A stretch of 64,000 nt of DNA from Ferruginibacter sp. (GCA_039916545.1 JBDSLD010000418.1:2087-66086), one strand, 5' to 3'; positions 10,651-21,541 are shown, counted from the stretch's first letter. Numbers and translations: made by a program. The notes: a model not told the origin generated them from the letters alone.

Positions 10651-11784
10651 ATGCCTGCTCTTTCAGATATCGAAAAATTTAAAGCTTTAAAAATGCCGAA
10701 AATAAATTATATCACTCATGATGCCTGGTGGAATTCCGATTTGCCGCTGCTGCCAAAAATTAATAAATACTTTAGGATCAGGGCCTTTATTTTTTCATCT
10801 GTTTACTATGAAAAGCATTTCAAAGTAAAAGAGTCTCCATACGTGGAAGGTATCTATGAATATGAACGAAAGTATAGGCTAAAGAATTTTTTGAGCGCTT
10901 ACTCTGCTTTTAAGTTCTACAAAGGAGTTAGATCAACGTATGAGAAAGGGGACATTCTGTTTTATGTTTTTGGCGATGATCCGTATTTTAATTTATACTT
11001 TTTGATTTTTGCCATGTCTAAAAAGACGATCATCTCCTTTCATAATTACCGGGCACATTCCGGGACGCCTTTTTTAGAAAGATTTTTTAAGCGTATCTAC
11101 CTGAAATGGTTTAAAGCTTTTCATTTCCAGTCGGAACCACAGTATGAGCAATTTTGTTTAAACCATGGGTCAAAAAATGCGTTTTTTACAGATATGCCTT
11201 CAAAAGATTTTGGAAAGCCTGGTGGAAGAATACAATTAGCGAAAAATAATAAGCGCATCTTTTTATTCTTTGGTTATATCAGGGACTACAAAAGGTTGGA
11301 TCTTTTTATAGAAGCAGCTAACAATTCCATTGATTCCGCGCATTTTGTAATTGCCGGCAATTGCCAGGCATGGTCCCAATACGAAAGCCAAATCATCAAC
11401 AAAAAAAAATTTACCTGCAATATTAATTTTATAGACAACTCAGAGATTGCGGACTATTTTACGCAGGCCCATTTCCTGGTGTTGCCGTATAGCGATACAA
11501 CGCAAAGCGGCCCCTTCCACATCGCTAATTATTATAACCTCCCCATCATTGCAAGCGACGTGCTGGGGTTTAGAGAAATTATAACGGATGGTCGTAATGG
11601 ATTTCTATTCAAACAGGGCGATGCAAAAGACCTGGAAAGATGTATCAATACAGCATGTGTTCTTTCAGATAGAGAATATTCCACGTTAAAAGAAAATCAA
11701 CAGGAAATGGAAAAGCAATACTCTTTAAAAGCAAACGCGATTGGTGAGAAATTTAAAAGTTTTATCGATCAGCACTTAGGCTAA
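10651..11784 (+). CDS. glycosyltransferase (GT-B, GT4-like)
   Basis: The C-terminal Glycos_transf_1 block reads FLVLPYSDTTQSGPFHIANYYNLPIIASDVLGFREIITDGRNGFLFKQGD. The start is uncertain; an alternative ATG at 10693 gives MPKINYI.... Confidence 0.8.
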   Translation: MPALSDIEKFKALKMPKINYITHDAWWNSDLPLLPKINKYFRIRAFIFSSVYYEKHFKVKESPYVEGIYEYERKYRLKNFLSAYSAFKFYKGVRSTYEKGDILFYVFGDDPYFNLYFLIFAMSKKTIISFHNYRAHSGTPFLERFFKRIYLKWFKAFHFQSEPQYEQFCLNHGSKNAFFTDMPSKDFGKPGGRIQLAKNNKRIFLFFGYIRDYKRLDLFIEAANNSIDSAHFVIAGNCQAWSQYESQIINKKKFTCNINFIDNSEIADYFTQAHFLVLPYSDTTQSGPFHIANYYNLPIIASDVLGFREIITDGRNGFLFKQGDAKDLERCINTACVLSDREYSTLKENQQEMEKQYSLKANAIGEKFKSFIDQHLG

Positions 11785-11791
11785 AAATCCA

Positions 11792-12514
11792 ATGAAACGC
11801 ATCCTCCAAAAAATTATACAAAATCGGAACCCTTCCTTTGCATTTGATGAGCACATCAATAGCCGGATTTTAATTTCCCTGGCAATAGATAAGATACTCG
11901 GTTTTACGAGGGGAACGGTTAAATATATTTTACATTTTAAAAAGCCTACGATCTTATTTTTAGGAAGAAGAGTTCGGTTTTTTAACATGGCCAATATTGA
12001 AATAGGTAAGTGGACAAAGATAGATGACGGCGCCTATCTCAGCGGACTGGGCAAGGGAAAGTTGAAGATTGGTAACGGCGTGAGCATTGGCGCCTATAGT
12101 CAAATTATAATTTCTACTTCATTCAATAACCTGGGCAGGTATATTAAAATCGGCAATAACGTCGGCATCGGTCAATTCGCAAGCCTGGGTGGATCCGGTG
12201 GCCTGGAGATAAGTGATAATTGTATAATCGGGCAGTATTTTAGCTGTCACCCGGAGAACCACAATTATAGTGATTTAAATAAATTAATTAAAAGCCAGGG
12301 CACAACCAGGGCGGCAATTAAAGTTGGAGAGAATTGTTGGATCGGTGCCAAAGTTACTATACTGGCAGGTGTCGAAATAGGAGCAAACAGTATCATTGCG
12401 GCCGGAGCAGTTGTAACTAAAAGTATGCCTCCAAATGCGATCATTGCAGGTGTGCCCGCAAAAGTTATAAAATTGCGAACCAGCGCTTTAGAATTAGCAA
12501 ACCATATTAGTTAA
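11792..12514 (+). CDS. hexapeptide-repeat (left-handed beta-helix) O-acetyltransferase
   Basis: It contains tandem hexapeptide repeats: IGNGVSIGAYSQI, IGNNVGIGQFASL and VGENCWIGAKVTILAGVEIGANSIIAAGAVVTKSMPPNAIIAGVPAKV. Confidence 0.85.
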   Translation: MKRILQKIIQNRNPSFAFDEHINSRILISLAIDKILGFTRGTVKYILHFKKPTILFLGRRVRFFNMANIEIGKWTKIDDGAYLSGLGKGKLKIGNGVSIGAYSQIIISTSFNNLGRYIKIGNNVGIGQFASLGGSGGLEISDNCIIGQYFSCHPENHNYSDLNKLIKSQGTTRAAIKVGENCWIGAKVTILAGVEIGANSIIAAGAVVTKSMPPNAIIAGVPAKVIKLRTSALELANHIS

Positions 12515-12532
12515 CACTATTAAATTCTACTT

Positions 12533-13684
12533 ATGAAAATTGGTATAATGACATTTTGGGAGAGCCAGGATAATTATGGACAAATCTTGCAGGCTTTTGC
12601 TTTGAAAAACTATTTAGAGAACAAAGGGCATGATGTATTTATTATAAAATATCACCGCGTAATTCCTGTCAAAACATTTATTGAAAGATTAACTGATTTC
12701 AATTTGAAAGATTTTATCGCCCGAAGAATAACATCAAAAAAGAAGGTGAAAAAATCCGGCATGCCTTCACGTGGATTTGATCAGTTCAAAAAAAAGCACC
12801 TTAATTATAGCAGGCAATCTTATTTTTCTTTAAAAGACCTGGTGCAGGATCCACCTGTGGCTGATGTTTACATCAGTGGTAGCGACCAGGTATGGAACAA
12901 TACTTTTAAAGTTTCGTGTGAAGCATTTCTTTTAGGCTTTGGAGATAATAAAACGATCAGGCTTTCGTACGCCGCAAGTTTCGGTATGAAAAATTTAGAT
13001 AAAAAGACCCGCCTGCTATTTAAAAATAATATAAAGCGCTTTAACGGGATAAGTGTAAGAGAAGAAAGCGGCGTCGATATTTGCAATGAAATGGGCTATA
13101 ACAAGGCCGTATGGGTGCCGGATCCAACACTGTTATTTAATAGATATGATTGGACGAGTTCATTGTCTATTGATGTTAATAGCTCTGCTCAAAATAAAAT
13201 ATTTGTTTATGTAGTGGGTACAGGTTACATAAAAGACAAGCAAAAAATAATTGATTATGCAGGTAGTCTTCCTGGTAAAAATGTAAGTCATGCTACCGCT
13301 AATGGGAGCCAATCAGGTGATAGTTTCCCCAGCATTGAAGAGTGGGTAAAAAGTATTTCGGAAGCCGATTTTGTTATAACTAATTCTTTTCACGGCATGG
13401 TCTTTTGTATCATCTTTCACAAAAAATTTATCGTGCTTCCAAACGGGGGGAAGGCCGCCGACATGAATGAAAGAATTACCAGCTTACTGGAGAAAGTTGG
13501 TTTAAAAGATCATATTATGTATGAGTTTAAAAAGAGCTCAATTGATAGCCTGTTGGCTAAAGAAATCGACTGGCAAAAAATATCAATAATTTTAGAAGAA
13601 TGGAGCAAAGATGCCTCTTTGTTTTTCCGGGAGTTCCTATCCAAAAAAGAATCAGGCGCTATCAGTAATTATAGCCTGCTATAA
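12533..13684 (+). CDS. polysaccharide pyruvyl transferase family protein
   Basis: The N-terminus reads MKIGIMTFWESQDNYGQILQAFAL. Further blocks are ...YISGSDQVWN... and ...ADFVITNSFHGMVFCIIFHKKF..., as in PS_pyruv_trans (CsaB/WcaK-like) enzymes. Confidence 0.8.
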   Translation: MKIGIMTFWESQDNYGQILQAFALKNYLENKGHDVFIIKYHRVIPVKTFIERLTDFNLKDFIARRITSKKKVKKSGMPSRGFDQFKKKHLNYSRQSYFSLKDLVQDPPVADVYISGSDQVWNNTFKVSCEAFLLGFGDNKTIRLSYAASFGMKNLDKKTRLLFKNNIKRFNGISVREESGVDICNEMGYNKAVWVPDPTLLFNRYDWTSSLSIDVNSSAQNKIFVYVVGTGYIKDKQKIIDYAGSLPGKNVSHATANGSQSGDSFPSIEEWVKSISEADFVITNSFHGMVFCIIFHKKFIVLPNGGKAADMNERITSLLEKVGLKDHIMYEFKKSSIDSLLAKEIDWQKISIILEEWSKDASLFFREFLSKKESGAISNYSLL

Positions 13685-13813
13685 TTAACATTGAATAAGA
13701 TCAGTCGCGTTGTTTATGTTTTGATCCGGCCATTTTCTGGCATTGGCTTCAATTTTCTACATCTCTAGTCCGGTGCAAATCCGCCGATTTTATAATCCTT
13801 TAATATCCCCATC

Positions 13814-14917
13814 ATGAAAATAGTTTGTATACACCAGGGTTATGAATTATATGGTTCAGACAGGAGCTTCCTGCAGGTTGTCAAGTATTTAAAGCAATCC
13901 GGGAAATTCAGTAAGATAACCGTGGTCTTGCGTGCACAGGGCGCACTGGTAGCGGAATTAGAAAAACTGGACATCGAAATAGTTTTCGTCAAATTGTCGC
14001 TGATCAACAAAACTTACATCAAGACATTCCGATGGGGAAAGATCATATTTCCATTGTTTTCATTGAGAAAAAAATACAAGTTTTACAATAGTTATGATAT
14101 CATTTATGTAAATACTTCCGTGATCCTGGAAATGTATTTGCTGGCGCCCTTTATTAAAAAGAAAAAGATTTTGCACATCCGGGAAATACCGGCTTTTCCC
14201 CTGAATAAGTTTTTGTCTGTCTTAATTTCCAGGGGAAATTTTAGTGTGATATTCAACTCTGCTTCTACTAAAAAATCATTCAATTCATTTAGGAAAAGTT
14301 ATGTCATCCACAATGCCTTCGAAGGCTTTCTCACGGTTCCTTATATTGAAAAAATATATACGGGCGATGATGAATTGAAGTTGCTGTTGATTGGCAGGAT
14401 CAACAATTGGAAAGGCCAGGATTTTGCAATTGAAGCACTGTCTTACTTAAACCCTGACGAAAAGATAAAATTGAAAATAGTTGGAAGTCCTTTTGAAGGC
14501 AATGAAGTATTACTGGATGAGTTGAAAGAAAAAGCCCGGTCCCTCAATATAATTGACAGGATAGAATTTGTAGATTTTATATCCGATACCCGGCTTGAAT
14601 ATGAACAGGCAGATATAATTATAATCCCATCTGTTAAGCCCGAGCCCTTTGGCCGAACGGCGATCGAGGCGATGAACCTGAAGAAGCCTGTAATAGCGGC
14701 TAATCATGGAGGCCTGCCGGAAATCGTTTCAAACGGATACAGCGGTTATTTATTTACTCCAAACAGTATTCCTGAATTTATTACCAGCATTCGTAAATAT
14801 TACTACAACCGCGATCTGTTGGATAAACACGGCGAAAATTCGTTAAAGATATTCAATGAAAAATTTTCGGTCGACAGGATGTATAGCAATCTTGATAAAG
14901 TATTCCAGGCAACCTGA
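13814..14917 (+). CDS. glycosyltransferase family 4
   Basis: The EX7E region reads PSVKPEPFGRTAIEAMNLKKPVIAANHGGLPEIVSNGYSGYLF. The N-terminal domain is GT-B-like. Confidence 0.85.
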   Translation: MKIVCIHQGYELYGSDRSFLQVVKYLKQSGKFSKITVVLRAQGALVAELEKLDIEIVFVKLSLINKTYIKTFRWGKIIFPLFSLRKKYKFYNSYDIIYVNTSVILEMYLLAPFIKKKKILHIREIPAFPLNKFLSVLISRGNFSVIFNSASTKKSFNSFRKSYVIHNAFEGFLTVPYIEKIYTGDDELKLLLIGRINNWKGQDFAIEALSYLNPDEKIKLKIVGSPFEGNEVLLDELKEKARSLNIIDRIEFVDFISDTRLEYEQADIIIIPSVKPEPFGRTAIEAMNLKKPVIAANHGGLPEIVSNGYSGYLFTPNSIPEFITSIRKYYYNRDLLDKHGENSLKIFNEKFSVDRMYSNLDKVFQAT

Positions 14918-15009
14918 ACTTTATCAACTCGCCGGCTCTTTAAGTTCAACCCATTTTACGCCGTTAAAGACTTTAATCTTTATTTCTGTTTAGTACACTT
15001 CAATTTAAA

Positions 15010-15034
15010 GTCGCTTTGAAACGCGACATTTTTT
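15010..15034 (+). terminator. weak hairpin plus T-tract inside the EPS locus
   Basis: The sequence is GTCGC-tttgaaac-GCGAC followed by ATTTTTT, about 95 nt after the stop of the GT4 gene. The stem is only 5 bp. Confidence 0.3.
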
Positions 15035-15122
15035 CCTTTCAATCCTCGCAATGCCCGGATATCTAAACAGGATATCATAAATCCATCATTATTTATTTTC
15101 TAACCTATTAAACTAACATTCT

Positions 15123-16280
15123 ATGAAAGTAGCTATTCTTGGGACTAGAGGGATCCCAAATTATTATGGAGGGTTCGAGCAGTTTGCGGAATACCTGTCA
15201 TTGGGACTTGTTGAAGCAGGTTTTGATGTGACCGTTTACAATTCGCACACCCATCCGTATCAGCAATCCGAGTGGAACGGAGTTAAGATTGTACATTGTT
15301 ATGATCCCGAAAACAAGCTGGGTACGATCGGGCAGTTTGTGTACGACTTTAACTGTATACTTGACTGCAGGAAAAGAAAATTCGATATTATACTGCAACT
15401 GGGCTATACAAGCAGCTCAGTATGGTATTGGTTATTACCCCGCCGGCATTCGATCATCATTACAAATATGGATGGGATGGAATGGAAAAGAAGCAAGTAT
15501 TCAAACAATGTGAAACAGTTTTTAAAGTATGCGGAAGTTTTGGCGGTGAAGCATAGCCACCATTTGATTTCAGATTCTATAGGTATGCAGGAATATTTAA
15601 AGAACGCCTATGAGGTCAGTTCAACTTACATACCGTATGGGGCGCATGTTTTTAACGATCCGTCACAAGAGGTATTGGAGGAATATAAACTTGCCGCATA
15701 TGATTATAATCTTTTAATCGCAAGACTGGAACCAGAGAACAGCATTGAAGTTATTTTAAATGGCGTTTCTAAATCCACCAACAAAATCCCCTTTTTGGTT
15801 ATAGGAAAAAACGAAACAAAATATGGGGAGTACCTAAAAGAGAAATTTGCATCCTTTGAAAATATCCGGTTCCTGGGAGCCATTTATGATATTAATAAAC
15901 TTAATAACCTGCGTTTTCATTCGAAGATTTATTTTCATGGTCATACGGTGGGCGGTACCAATCCATCGCTACTGGAAGCCATGTCATCGGGCGCTTTGAT
16001 CTGTGCCCACAAAAATATTTTTAATGAAGCGATCTTAGACTCCGATGCGTATTTTTTTACAAATGAGGAAGAGGTCAGAGAGGTTGTTTCAACCGTAGAT
16101 AAAAGTGAGGTTAGCAATGCGAATAAAGTTCGAAGCAATCTCAGTAAAGTAGGCAACAGCTATTTGTGGTCGATCATTATTGATAAATATATTAACCACT
16201 TCAAAATGGTTTGGATGCATCCCAAATTAAATCTTTCTGAAAGTAGTTTAAACCTGGGTAATCAACATTCCGCTCAATAG
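15123..16280 (+). CDS. glycosyltransferase family 1 with DUF1972 N-terminal domain (WchF/RgpA-like)
   Basis: MKVAILGTRGIPNYYGGFEQFAEYLSLGL is the DUF1972 signature. The C-terminal block reads FHGHTVGGTNPSLLEAMSSGALICAH. Confidence 0.8.
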   Translation: MKVAILGTRGIPNYYGGFEQFAEYLSLGLVEAGFDVTVYNSHTHPYQQSEWNGVKIVHCYDPENKLGTIGQFVYDFNCILDCRKRKFDIILQLGYTSSSVWYWLLPRRHSIIITNMDGMEWKRSKYSNNVKQFLKYAEVLAVKHSHHLISDSIGMQEYLKNAYEVSSTYIPYGAHVFNDPSQEVLEEYKLAAYDYNLLIARLEPENSIEVILNGVSKSTNKIPFLVIGKNETKYGEYLKEKFASFENIRFLGAIYDINKLNNLRFHSKIYFHGHTVGGTNPSLLEAMSSGALICAHKNIFNEAILDSDAYFFTNEEEVREVVSTVDKSEVSNANKVRSNLSKVGNSYLWSIIIDKYINHFKMVWMHPKLNLSESSLNLGNQHSAQ

Positions 16281-16674
16281 ACAGGTAAATTCCGTAACCG
16301 GAATAAAATGCTTAGAATAAGTCCGGCACTAATTTATTTGTCCTTTTTCTAACTATTTTTTGGCCTGAAGGCTGACTTGATTTTCTTCTTAACGAAAAAA
16401 AAAATGAAGAGATCAAGCCGATGATAAGAATTAAGGCGCTGTAAAAAAATATTTTTACCCTTGCGAAAATTGAAAATTTTGGGGCAACCATCATTAAGTT
16501 TTTATTTGTATTTAAATTTATTTTAAAGTTTTGTGCGTAAAGAGTCATAAAAAGTGTCAATTGTATTTTAATAAATCTGGTAGTTTTTAAATTTAATTCA
16601 AGCTTTTATTATTGCTGCTGTTATACAATACTGCAATTCGCAGCCCTGTTATTGGCTACTTTTATAGCCAATTT

Positions 16675-18153
16675 TTAATTAATTGTGTTGGTTTGCGTTT
16701 CAATATTATTAAATATTACCGAAGAATCCGATTTAAGCAGGTAAATAACTTTGGAATTTTTCATGATATTTTTTTCGATAAGCAAGCCATCTATGTCAAA
16801 TTTGCAACTTGAATTGTAGAATAACCATCCGTTTGAGCAGGTATTTTGCCTGATTATGGTATTTTTCATATACAACGCATCATCCGCCAAAGATAAATAT
16901 TTCCCAATTAAGTACGAGCCGCTGTCAGAAAGGTTCAAATTATTTTTTTGAATTAATAGAGTTTCCACGGGTCGCTCTTCCACACCTATCAGGCCTACCG
17001 GGTTTCCGTGCTGGTATATTTCATTGCTCAGGATAAAGGCCTTTCCATTTCTAACAAAAAAAGCCCTGCCCTGCGCGTGAATTATGTTTTCAGAGATCAG
17101 GACAACATCGGATACCCCTGCATGGATATCGATCGTGCCGGCATAATCTGTCTGCGCGTTAACAGAACCGAATTTAAAAATCGGCTTTAACGTATCCTCA
17201 GTGAATGTATTTTGTAAAACTTTAATATTCGACACTACAAATTTTCTCGCAGCAGTTGTAAAACCATGTTTACAATTTGAAATAGTATTTTTTGCAATGG
17301 TGATATTATTACAAGCTGCATTTATTCCATACCCCAGCCTGCCTCCTGAATATCCCTGGACATTAAAAAAATCTTTGATGGTGCAATATTTAATCGTTGA
17401 ATTTTCTCCGTCAACCTGTATGGCACAAAATGCATACTCATTACCTTTGAACGAACATTTTTCAACTGTTGAATTTGTACCCCTTATCGCCAGGGCAATA
17501 AATGGATTTTTTGTGTCAGGCTGTTTACTTAGATTAAAAGTGAGGTTGTAAATTCTTGTTGAATCACAGTTTTTAAAGACAGCTACCGTGTTTACATTAA
17601 AACTGTCAAAGAAAGGGGTGGAGATCGTTATATTGTCACCTGCAACATTTTTCACAATAGCATATTGCCCTTTCGAGTAATTGAAAGACGCCAGGTCGGC
17701 CCTGAAAGAATATAACAAATCCGGGCTTAAGAATTGAATCAGGTCGCCGGGTTTTACATTTTTTATAGTTGAAGGCAACGTTATTGTATTGGCGCCTTTA
17801 ACAGCCGTTAACCCTGATACCGCTGTATTTGACAGCCCTTTTCCCACGGATAAAAATATCCCTCCCGCGCGCATGAAACTATCCGTTGGCGTAATCGTGG
17901 CATAGTTCCCTAAAATTGTGCAGCTTACACTTATCACAATTTTTCCTCCGACGAGGTAGTTTTTATTCGCATCAAAAATCAGTGTATCTCCGTCTTTCAG
18001 TATCTGGGTGGCCTTTGTTATCGAAATAATATCATCTGTTAAACCATCTCCTTTAGCGCCAAATGATTTCAATGTTACAACACTGGAATAACAGTTCAAA
18101 CTTATAAACAATAATATAAGTAAACTCTTCAATCTTGTTTTAAAGTTTAGCAT
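16675..18153 (-). CDS. secreted right-handed parallel beta-helix protein (pectate-lyase-3/GH28-like; candidate polysaccharide depolymerase)
   Basis: It has a signal peptide (MLNFKTRLKSLLILLFISLNCYSS). This is followed by LKSFGAKGDGLTDDIISITKA, the N-terminal motif of pectate_lyase_3-type beta-helices. Many N/G/I-rich repeat turns follow (NITIAKNTISNCKHG...). Confidence 0.75.
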   Translation of the reverse strand: MLNFKTRLKSLLILLFISLNCYSSVVTLKSFGAKGDGLTDDIISITKATQILKDGDTLIFDANKNYLVGGKIVISVSCTILGNYATITPTDSFMRAGGIFLSVGKGLSNTAVSGLTAVKGANTITLPSTIKNVKPGDLIQFLSPDLLYSFRADLASFNYSKGQYAIVKNVAGDNITISTPFFDSFNVNTVAVFKNCDSTRIYNLTFNLSKQPDTKNPFIALAIRGTNSTVEKCSFKGNEYAFCAIQVDGENSTIKYCTIKDFFNVQGYSGGRLGYGINAACNNITIAKNTISNCKHGFTTAARKFVVSNIKVLQNTFTEDTLKPIFKFGSVNAQTDYAGTIDIHAGVSDVVLISENIIHAQGRAFFVRNGKAFILSNEIYQHGNPVGLIGVEERPVETLLIQKNNLNLSDSGSYLIGKYLSLADDALYMKNTIIRQNTCSNGWLFYNSSCKFDIDGLLIEKNIMKNSKVIYLLKSDSSVIFNNIETQTNTIN

Positions 18154-18522
18154 AATGATAATAACGACTAAAAAGGCGATTTTATTATAATTTGTCCTAA
18201 GTCCACCTAAGTACTCAATGGCGTTTTACAACAATCATTTTAAAAAAAAATATTAATTTAAAATAATTACCATGTGTTTTTAAAGCCCTTCTAAAGATAA
18301 AAAAATATTAACATTCACCGGGTATGGGTAACAATTGATGATGCCGGGATATATTCGCGGTTGTAAAGGTGTACATCAAAATTGCTTAAAATAATTTGTT
18401 TATTGTAAAATAAGCCGGCTTTTCACGAGCACTTAACAAGGCTGTTGTAAAAGTAAAAGGTAAACGCTCATAACAGGATCAGAATTCGTATTTATGATTT
18501 TCACCCTCTAAACTCTACGAAA

Positions 18523-19908
18523 ATGAATATTTCATACACCAACCTTTTTAGATTTTTCTTTGCATTGGTAGACTTCCTGTCTGTGACAATTATTCACCTG
18601 GCACTGTTGCTGAATTTAAATCGTGTACATGAAAGTAATTCGCGGGAGTACACCTTGCTTTTTCTTGTAAGCAACCTTGCCTGGATGGGCTCTGCTTACT
18701 TCACCGGCCTGTATGTTGATGACCAGGTCAATTTTGACAAGTTTGCCAAACGCACTGCACAGGCGTTTATACTTTTTATAACTTCTTTATTATTGTTTTT
18801 ATTCTTTTCTACTTTTATGTACAGCCGGCTATTTGTGTCCCTTAATATAATTGGGATAGGATTGGCGCTGTTGCTAAGCCGGGTACTCTTTGTGTGGGGC
18901 ATAGCATTTTTTGGAAAGCGGGAGGGATTTAATAAGAAGATCGTGCTATTGGGTTACAACGAATTGTCAAAGCAACTGGTAGATTATTTCTCTAACAACA
19001 ACAAATCTATTTCAGTTGAAGGATATTTTGAAGATTACACCAACATGGATGAATTATCGGTGTTCCCAATATTGGGTAATCGCGATGAATGTGTTTCTTA
19101 CGCGATAAAGCATAAAGTAAAAGAAATATATTCTACCATTTCCCCGGAGAAGCATTCGTACGTGTATGAATTAGCGCAAACGGCAGAAAAGAATATGATA
19201 CGGTTCAAATTTGTACCTGATTTCCGGATGTTTGTCAATCGCAATATCCATGTTGATATTGTAGAAAGTATTCCTATTTTATCCTTTAGATCCGAGCCGC
19301 TTGAGGACATAGTGGCAAGTTCCAAAAAACGTTTATTTGATATTATATTCAGTCTTTTTATAATCATATTTTTATTATCCTGGCTGGTGCCTTTATTGGC
19401 TATACTTGTAAAACTAAATTCAAGAGGGCCAGTATTTTTTGTTCAGTTGAGATCGGGAAAAGATAACCAGGAATTCTGGTGCTTTAAATTCAGGACATTA
19501 AAAGTGAATAAGGATTCTGATCTGAAACAGGTTACTAAAGACGATGACCGCTTTACAAAATTTGGAAAATTTCTCAGAAAGACAAGTCTTGACGAATTAC
19601 CGCAATTTTTTAATGTGCTGTTAGGCAATATGTCAGTGGTAGGGCCGCGACCGCACATGCTAAAACATACGGAGGATTTTTCAAGAATATTTGACGAGTA
19701 TATGATACGGCATTTTGTAAAACCCGGTGTTACAGGATGGGCGCAGGTTAGCGGGTTTCGTGGTGAGATAAAGGAAGAGGAGCAATTGCGCAAAAGGATC
19801 GAGTATGATATCTGGTATCTTGAAAACTGGAGTATATGGTTAGATATCCGCATCATCGTTTTAACCTTCTATGTAAGTTTTTTTAAAGGAGATGAAAATG
19901 CGTACTGA
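18523..19908 (+). CDS. undecaprenyl-phosphate hexose-1-phosphate transferase (WbaP/WcaJ-type initiating enzyme)
   Basis: N-terminal TM helices are followed by KRLFDIIFSLFIIIFLLSWLVPLLAILVKLNSRGPVFFVQLRSGKDNQEFWCFKFRTL. Then come DELPQFFNVLLGNMSVVGPRPH and ...KPGVTGWAQV... . Confidence 0.9.
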   Translation: MNISYTNLFRFFFALVDFLSVTIIHLALLLNLNRVHESNSREYTLLFLVSNLAWMGSAYFTGLYVDDQVNFDKFAKRTAQAFILFITSLLLFLFFSTFMYSRLFVSLNIIGIGLALLLSRVLFVWGIAFFGKREGFNKKIVLLGYNELSKQLVDYFSNNNKSISVEGYFEDYTNMDELSVFPILGNRDECVSYAIKHKVKEIYSTISPEKHSYVYELAQTAEKNMIRFKFVPDFRMFVNRNIHVDIVESIPILSFRSEPLEDIVASSKKRLFDIIFSLFIIIFLLSWLVPLLAILVKLNSRGPVFFVQLRSGKDNQEFWCFKFRTLKVNKDSDLKQVTKDDDRFTKFGKFLRKTSLDELPQFFNVLLGNMSVVGPRPHMLKHTEDFSRIFDEYMIRHFVKPGVTGWAQVSGFRGEIKEEEQLRKRIEYDIWYLENWSIWLDIRIIVLTFYVSFFKGDENAY

Positions 19909-19988
19909 TTTTTTATCACATAGAAATTTAGTACCGATACAATTTAAAAACATGCAGGCTCTGCTACCGCTATCCCACCCCTGAGGTT

Positions 19989-21530
19989 TTACAAAGGAAT
20001 ATTCCCATGCTTTCTTTTTGGTTGTACGGCCACCTTATTTTCAAGCATGGCGAAAGCTTTGATCAATTTTTTTCTTGTCTCTTTCGGCTCAATCACTTCA
20101 TCAATAAAACCTCTCTCTGCAGCCAGGTAGGGAGTAGCAAATTTCTCCGCATATTCCATTTCTTTCTCCGCCAATTTTTTTACCGGGTCAGCAGCTTCCG
20201 AAATTTCTTTTTTGAAAATAATTTCGCTGGCGCCACGTGCACCCATGACGGCAATTTCCGCACTGGGCCAGGCAAAGTTCATATCCGCTCCAATATGTTT
20301 TGAATTCATTACATCATAGGCGCCACCATAGGCTTTTCTTATAATGACTGTTACACGCGGTACAGTGGCTTCGCTCAGGGCATACAGCAGTTTTGCTCCG
20401 TTGGTAATAATGCCGTGCCATTCCTGGTCGGTGCCAGGTAAAAATCCAGGCACGTCTACCAGTACGAGCAAAGGGATATTAAAACAATCGCAAAAACGTG
20501 TAAAGCGTGCGGCCTTTCTCGAACTTTTTATATCCAGCACGCCAGCCAGTCTGATCGGTTGATTGGCGACAATACCAATACTTCTGCCGGCGAGCCTTGC
20601 AAACCCAACAACGATATTTTCCGCATAGTCTTTATGGATCTCGAAGAAACTCGCTTCATCACAAATGCCCGTGATCACCGCCCGCATATCGTAGGGCTGG
20701 TTAGCACTTGCGGGGATAATGTCCTGTAGCTCTTCCCGGGTTTCGTCTCCTAAAGTAAAAGGAAATACCGGGGTAGTATCTTCACAATTTTGGGGCAGGT
20801 AACTTAGTAATTGTTTTACCTGCGCAATGCATTCCACATCGTTAGCGGATGTTAAATGTGTAACACCCGATTTGGTAGAATGGGTTGAGGCGCCTCCTAA
20901 TTCTTCTGAGCTGACTTCTTCATTGGTGACTGTTTTTACAACATTGGGTCCTGTTACAAACATATAACTCGTGTGCTCCACCATCAGTGTAAAATCGGTA
21001 ATGGCGGGCGAGTAAACAGCGCCACCCGCGCATGGCCCCATAATAGCGGATATCTGTGGGATAACCCCGGATGATCGTACGTTCCTGTAAAAAATATCTG
21101 CATAGCCACCAAGCGACCTGACCCCTTCCTGTATCCGCGCACCGCCAGAATCATTCAGCCCGATCATTGGGGCTCCCGTCTTCATGGCGAGGTCCATTAC
21201 CTTACAAATTTTTTCCGCATGTGTTTCTGATAGCGCACCGCCGAAAACTGTAAAATCCTGTGCAAATACATACACCAGCCGACCATTGATCGTGCCATAA
21301 CCGGTAACTACGCCATCTCCATAAAATTGTTGCTCGCCCATTCCAAAATCGATGGTACGGTGTATGACCAATGCGCCTATTTCCTCAAAAGAGCCCGGGT
21401 CCATTAATAAGCTGATACGCTCCCGTGCTGTTAGTTTGCCTTTTTTATGCTGCGTGTCGATCCTGTCCTTCCCACCACCAGATTTCCCTTCCGCTAATTT
21501 TTGATTCAGTAAATCTATTTTTGATTTCAT
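19989..21530 (-). CDS. acyl-CoA carboxylase carboxyltransferase (beta) subunit, propionyl-CoA/methylmalonyl-CoA type
   Basis: Carboxyl_trans blocks are present: [47 protein letters not shown] and [11 protein letters not shown]. Confidence 0.95.
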   Translation of the reverse strand: MKSKIDLLNQKLAEGKSGGGKDRIDTQHKKGKLTARERISLLMDPGSFEEIGALVIHRTIDFGMGEQQFYGDGVVTGYGTINGRLVYVFAQDFTVFGGALSETHAEKICKVMDLAMKTGAPMIGLNDSGGARIQEGVRSLGGYADIFYRNVRSSGVIPQISAIMGPCAGGAVYSPAITDFTLMVEHTSYMFVTGPNVVKTVTNEEVSSEELGGASTHSTKSGVTHLTSANDVECIAQVKQLLSYLPQNCEDTTPVFPFTLGDETREELQDIIPASANQPYDMRAVITGICDEASFFEIHKDYAENIVVGFARLAGRSIGIVANQPIRLAGVLDIKSSRKAARFTRFCDCFNIPLLVLVDVPGFLPGTDQEWHGIITNGAKLLYALSEATVPRVTVIIRKAYGGAYDVMNSKHIGADMNFAWPSAEIAVMGARGASEIIFKKEISEAADPVKKLAEKEMEYAEKFATPYLAAERGFIDEVIEPKETRKKLIKAFAMLENKVAVQPKRKHGNIPL

Positions 21531-21541
21531 GTTGCTTTTTT

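Noticed and set aside
16312-16560. An 82-aa minus-strand ORF with one TM-like segment between the convergent GT1 and beta-helix genes.
   Set aside because: It lies in a very AT-rich convergent intergenic region. It has no recognisable motif, a low-complexity N-terminus and no evident ribosome-binding context. The support is not enough to call a gene.
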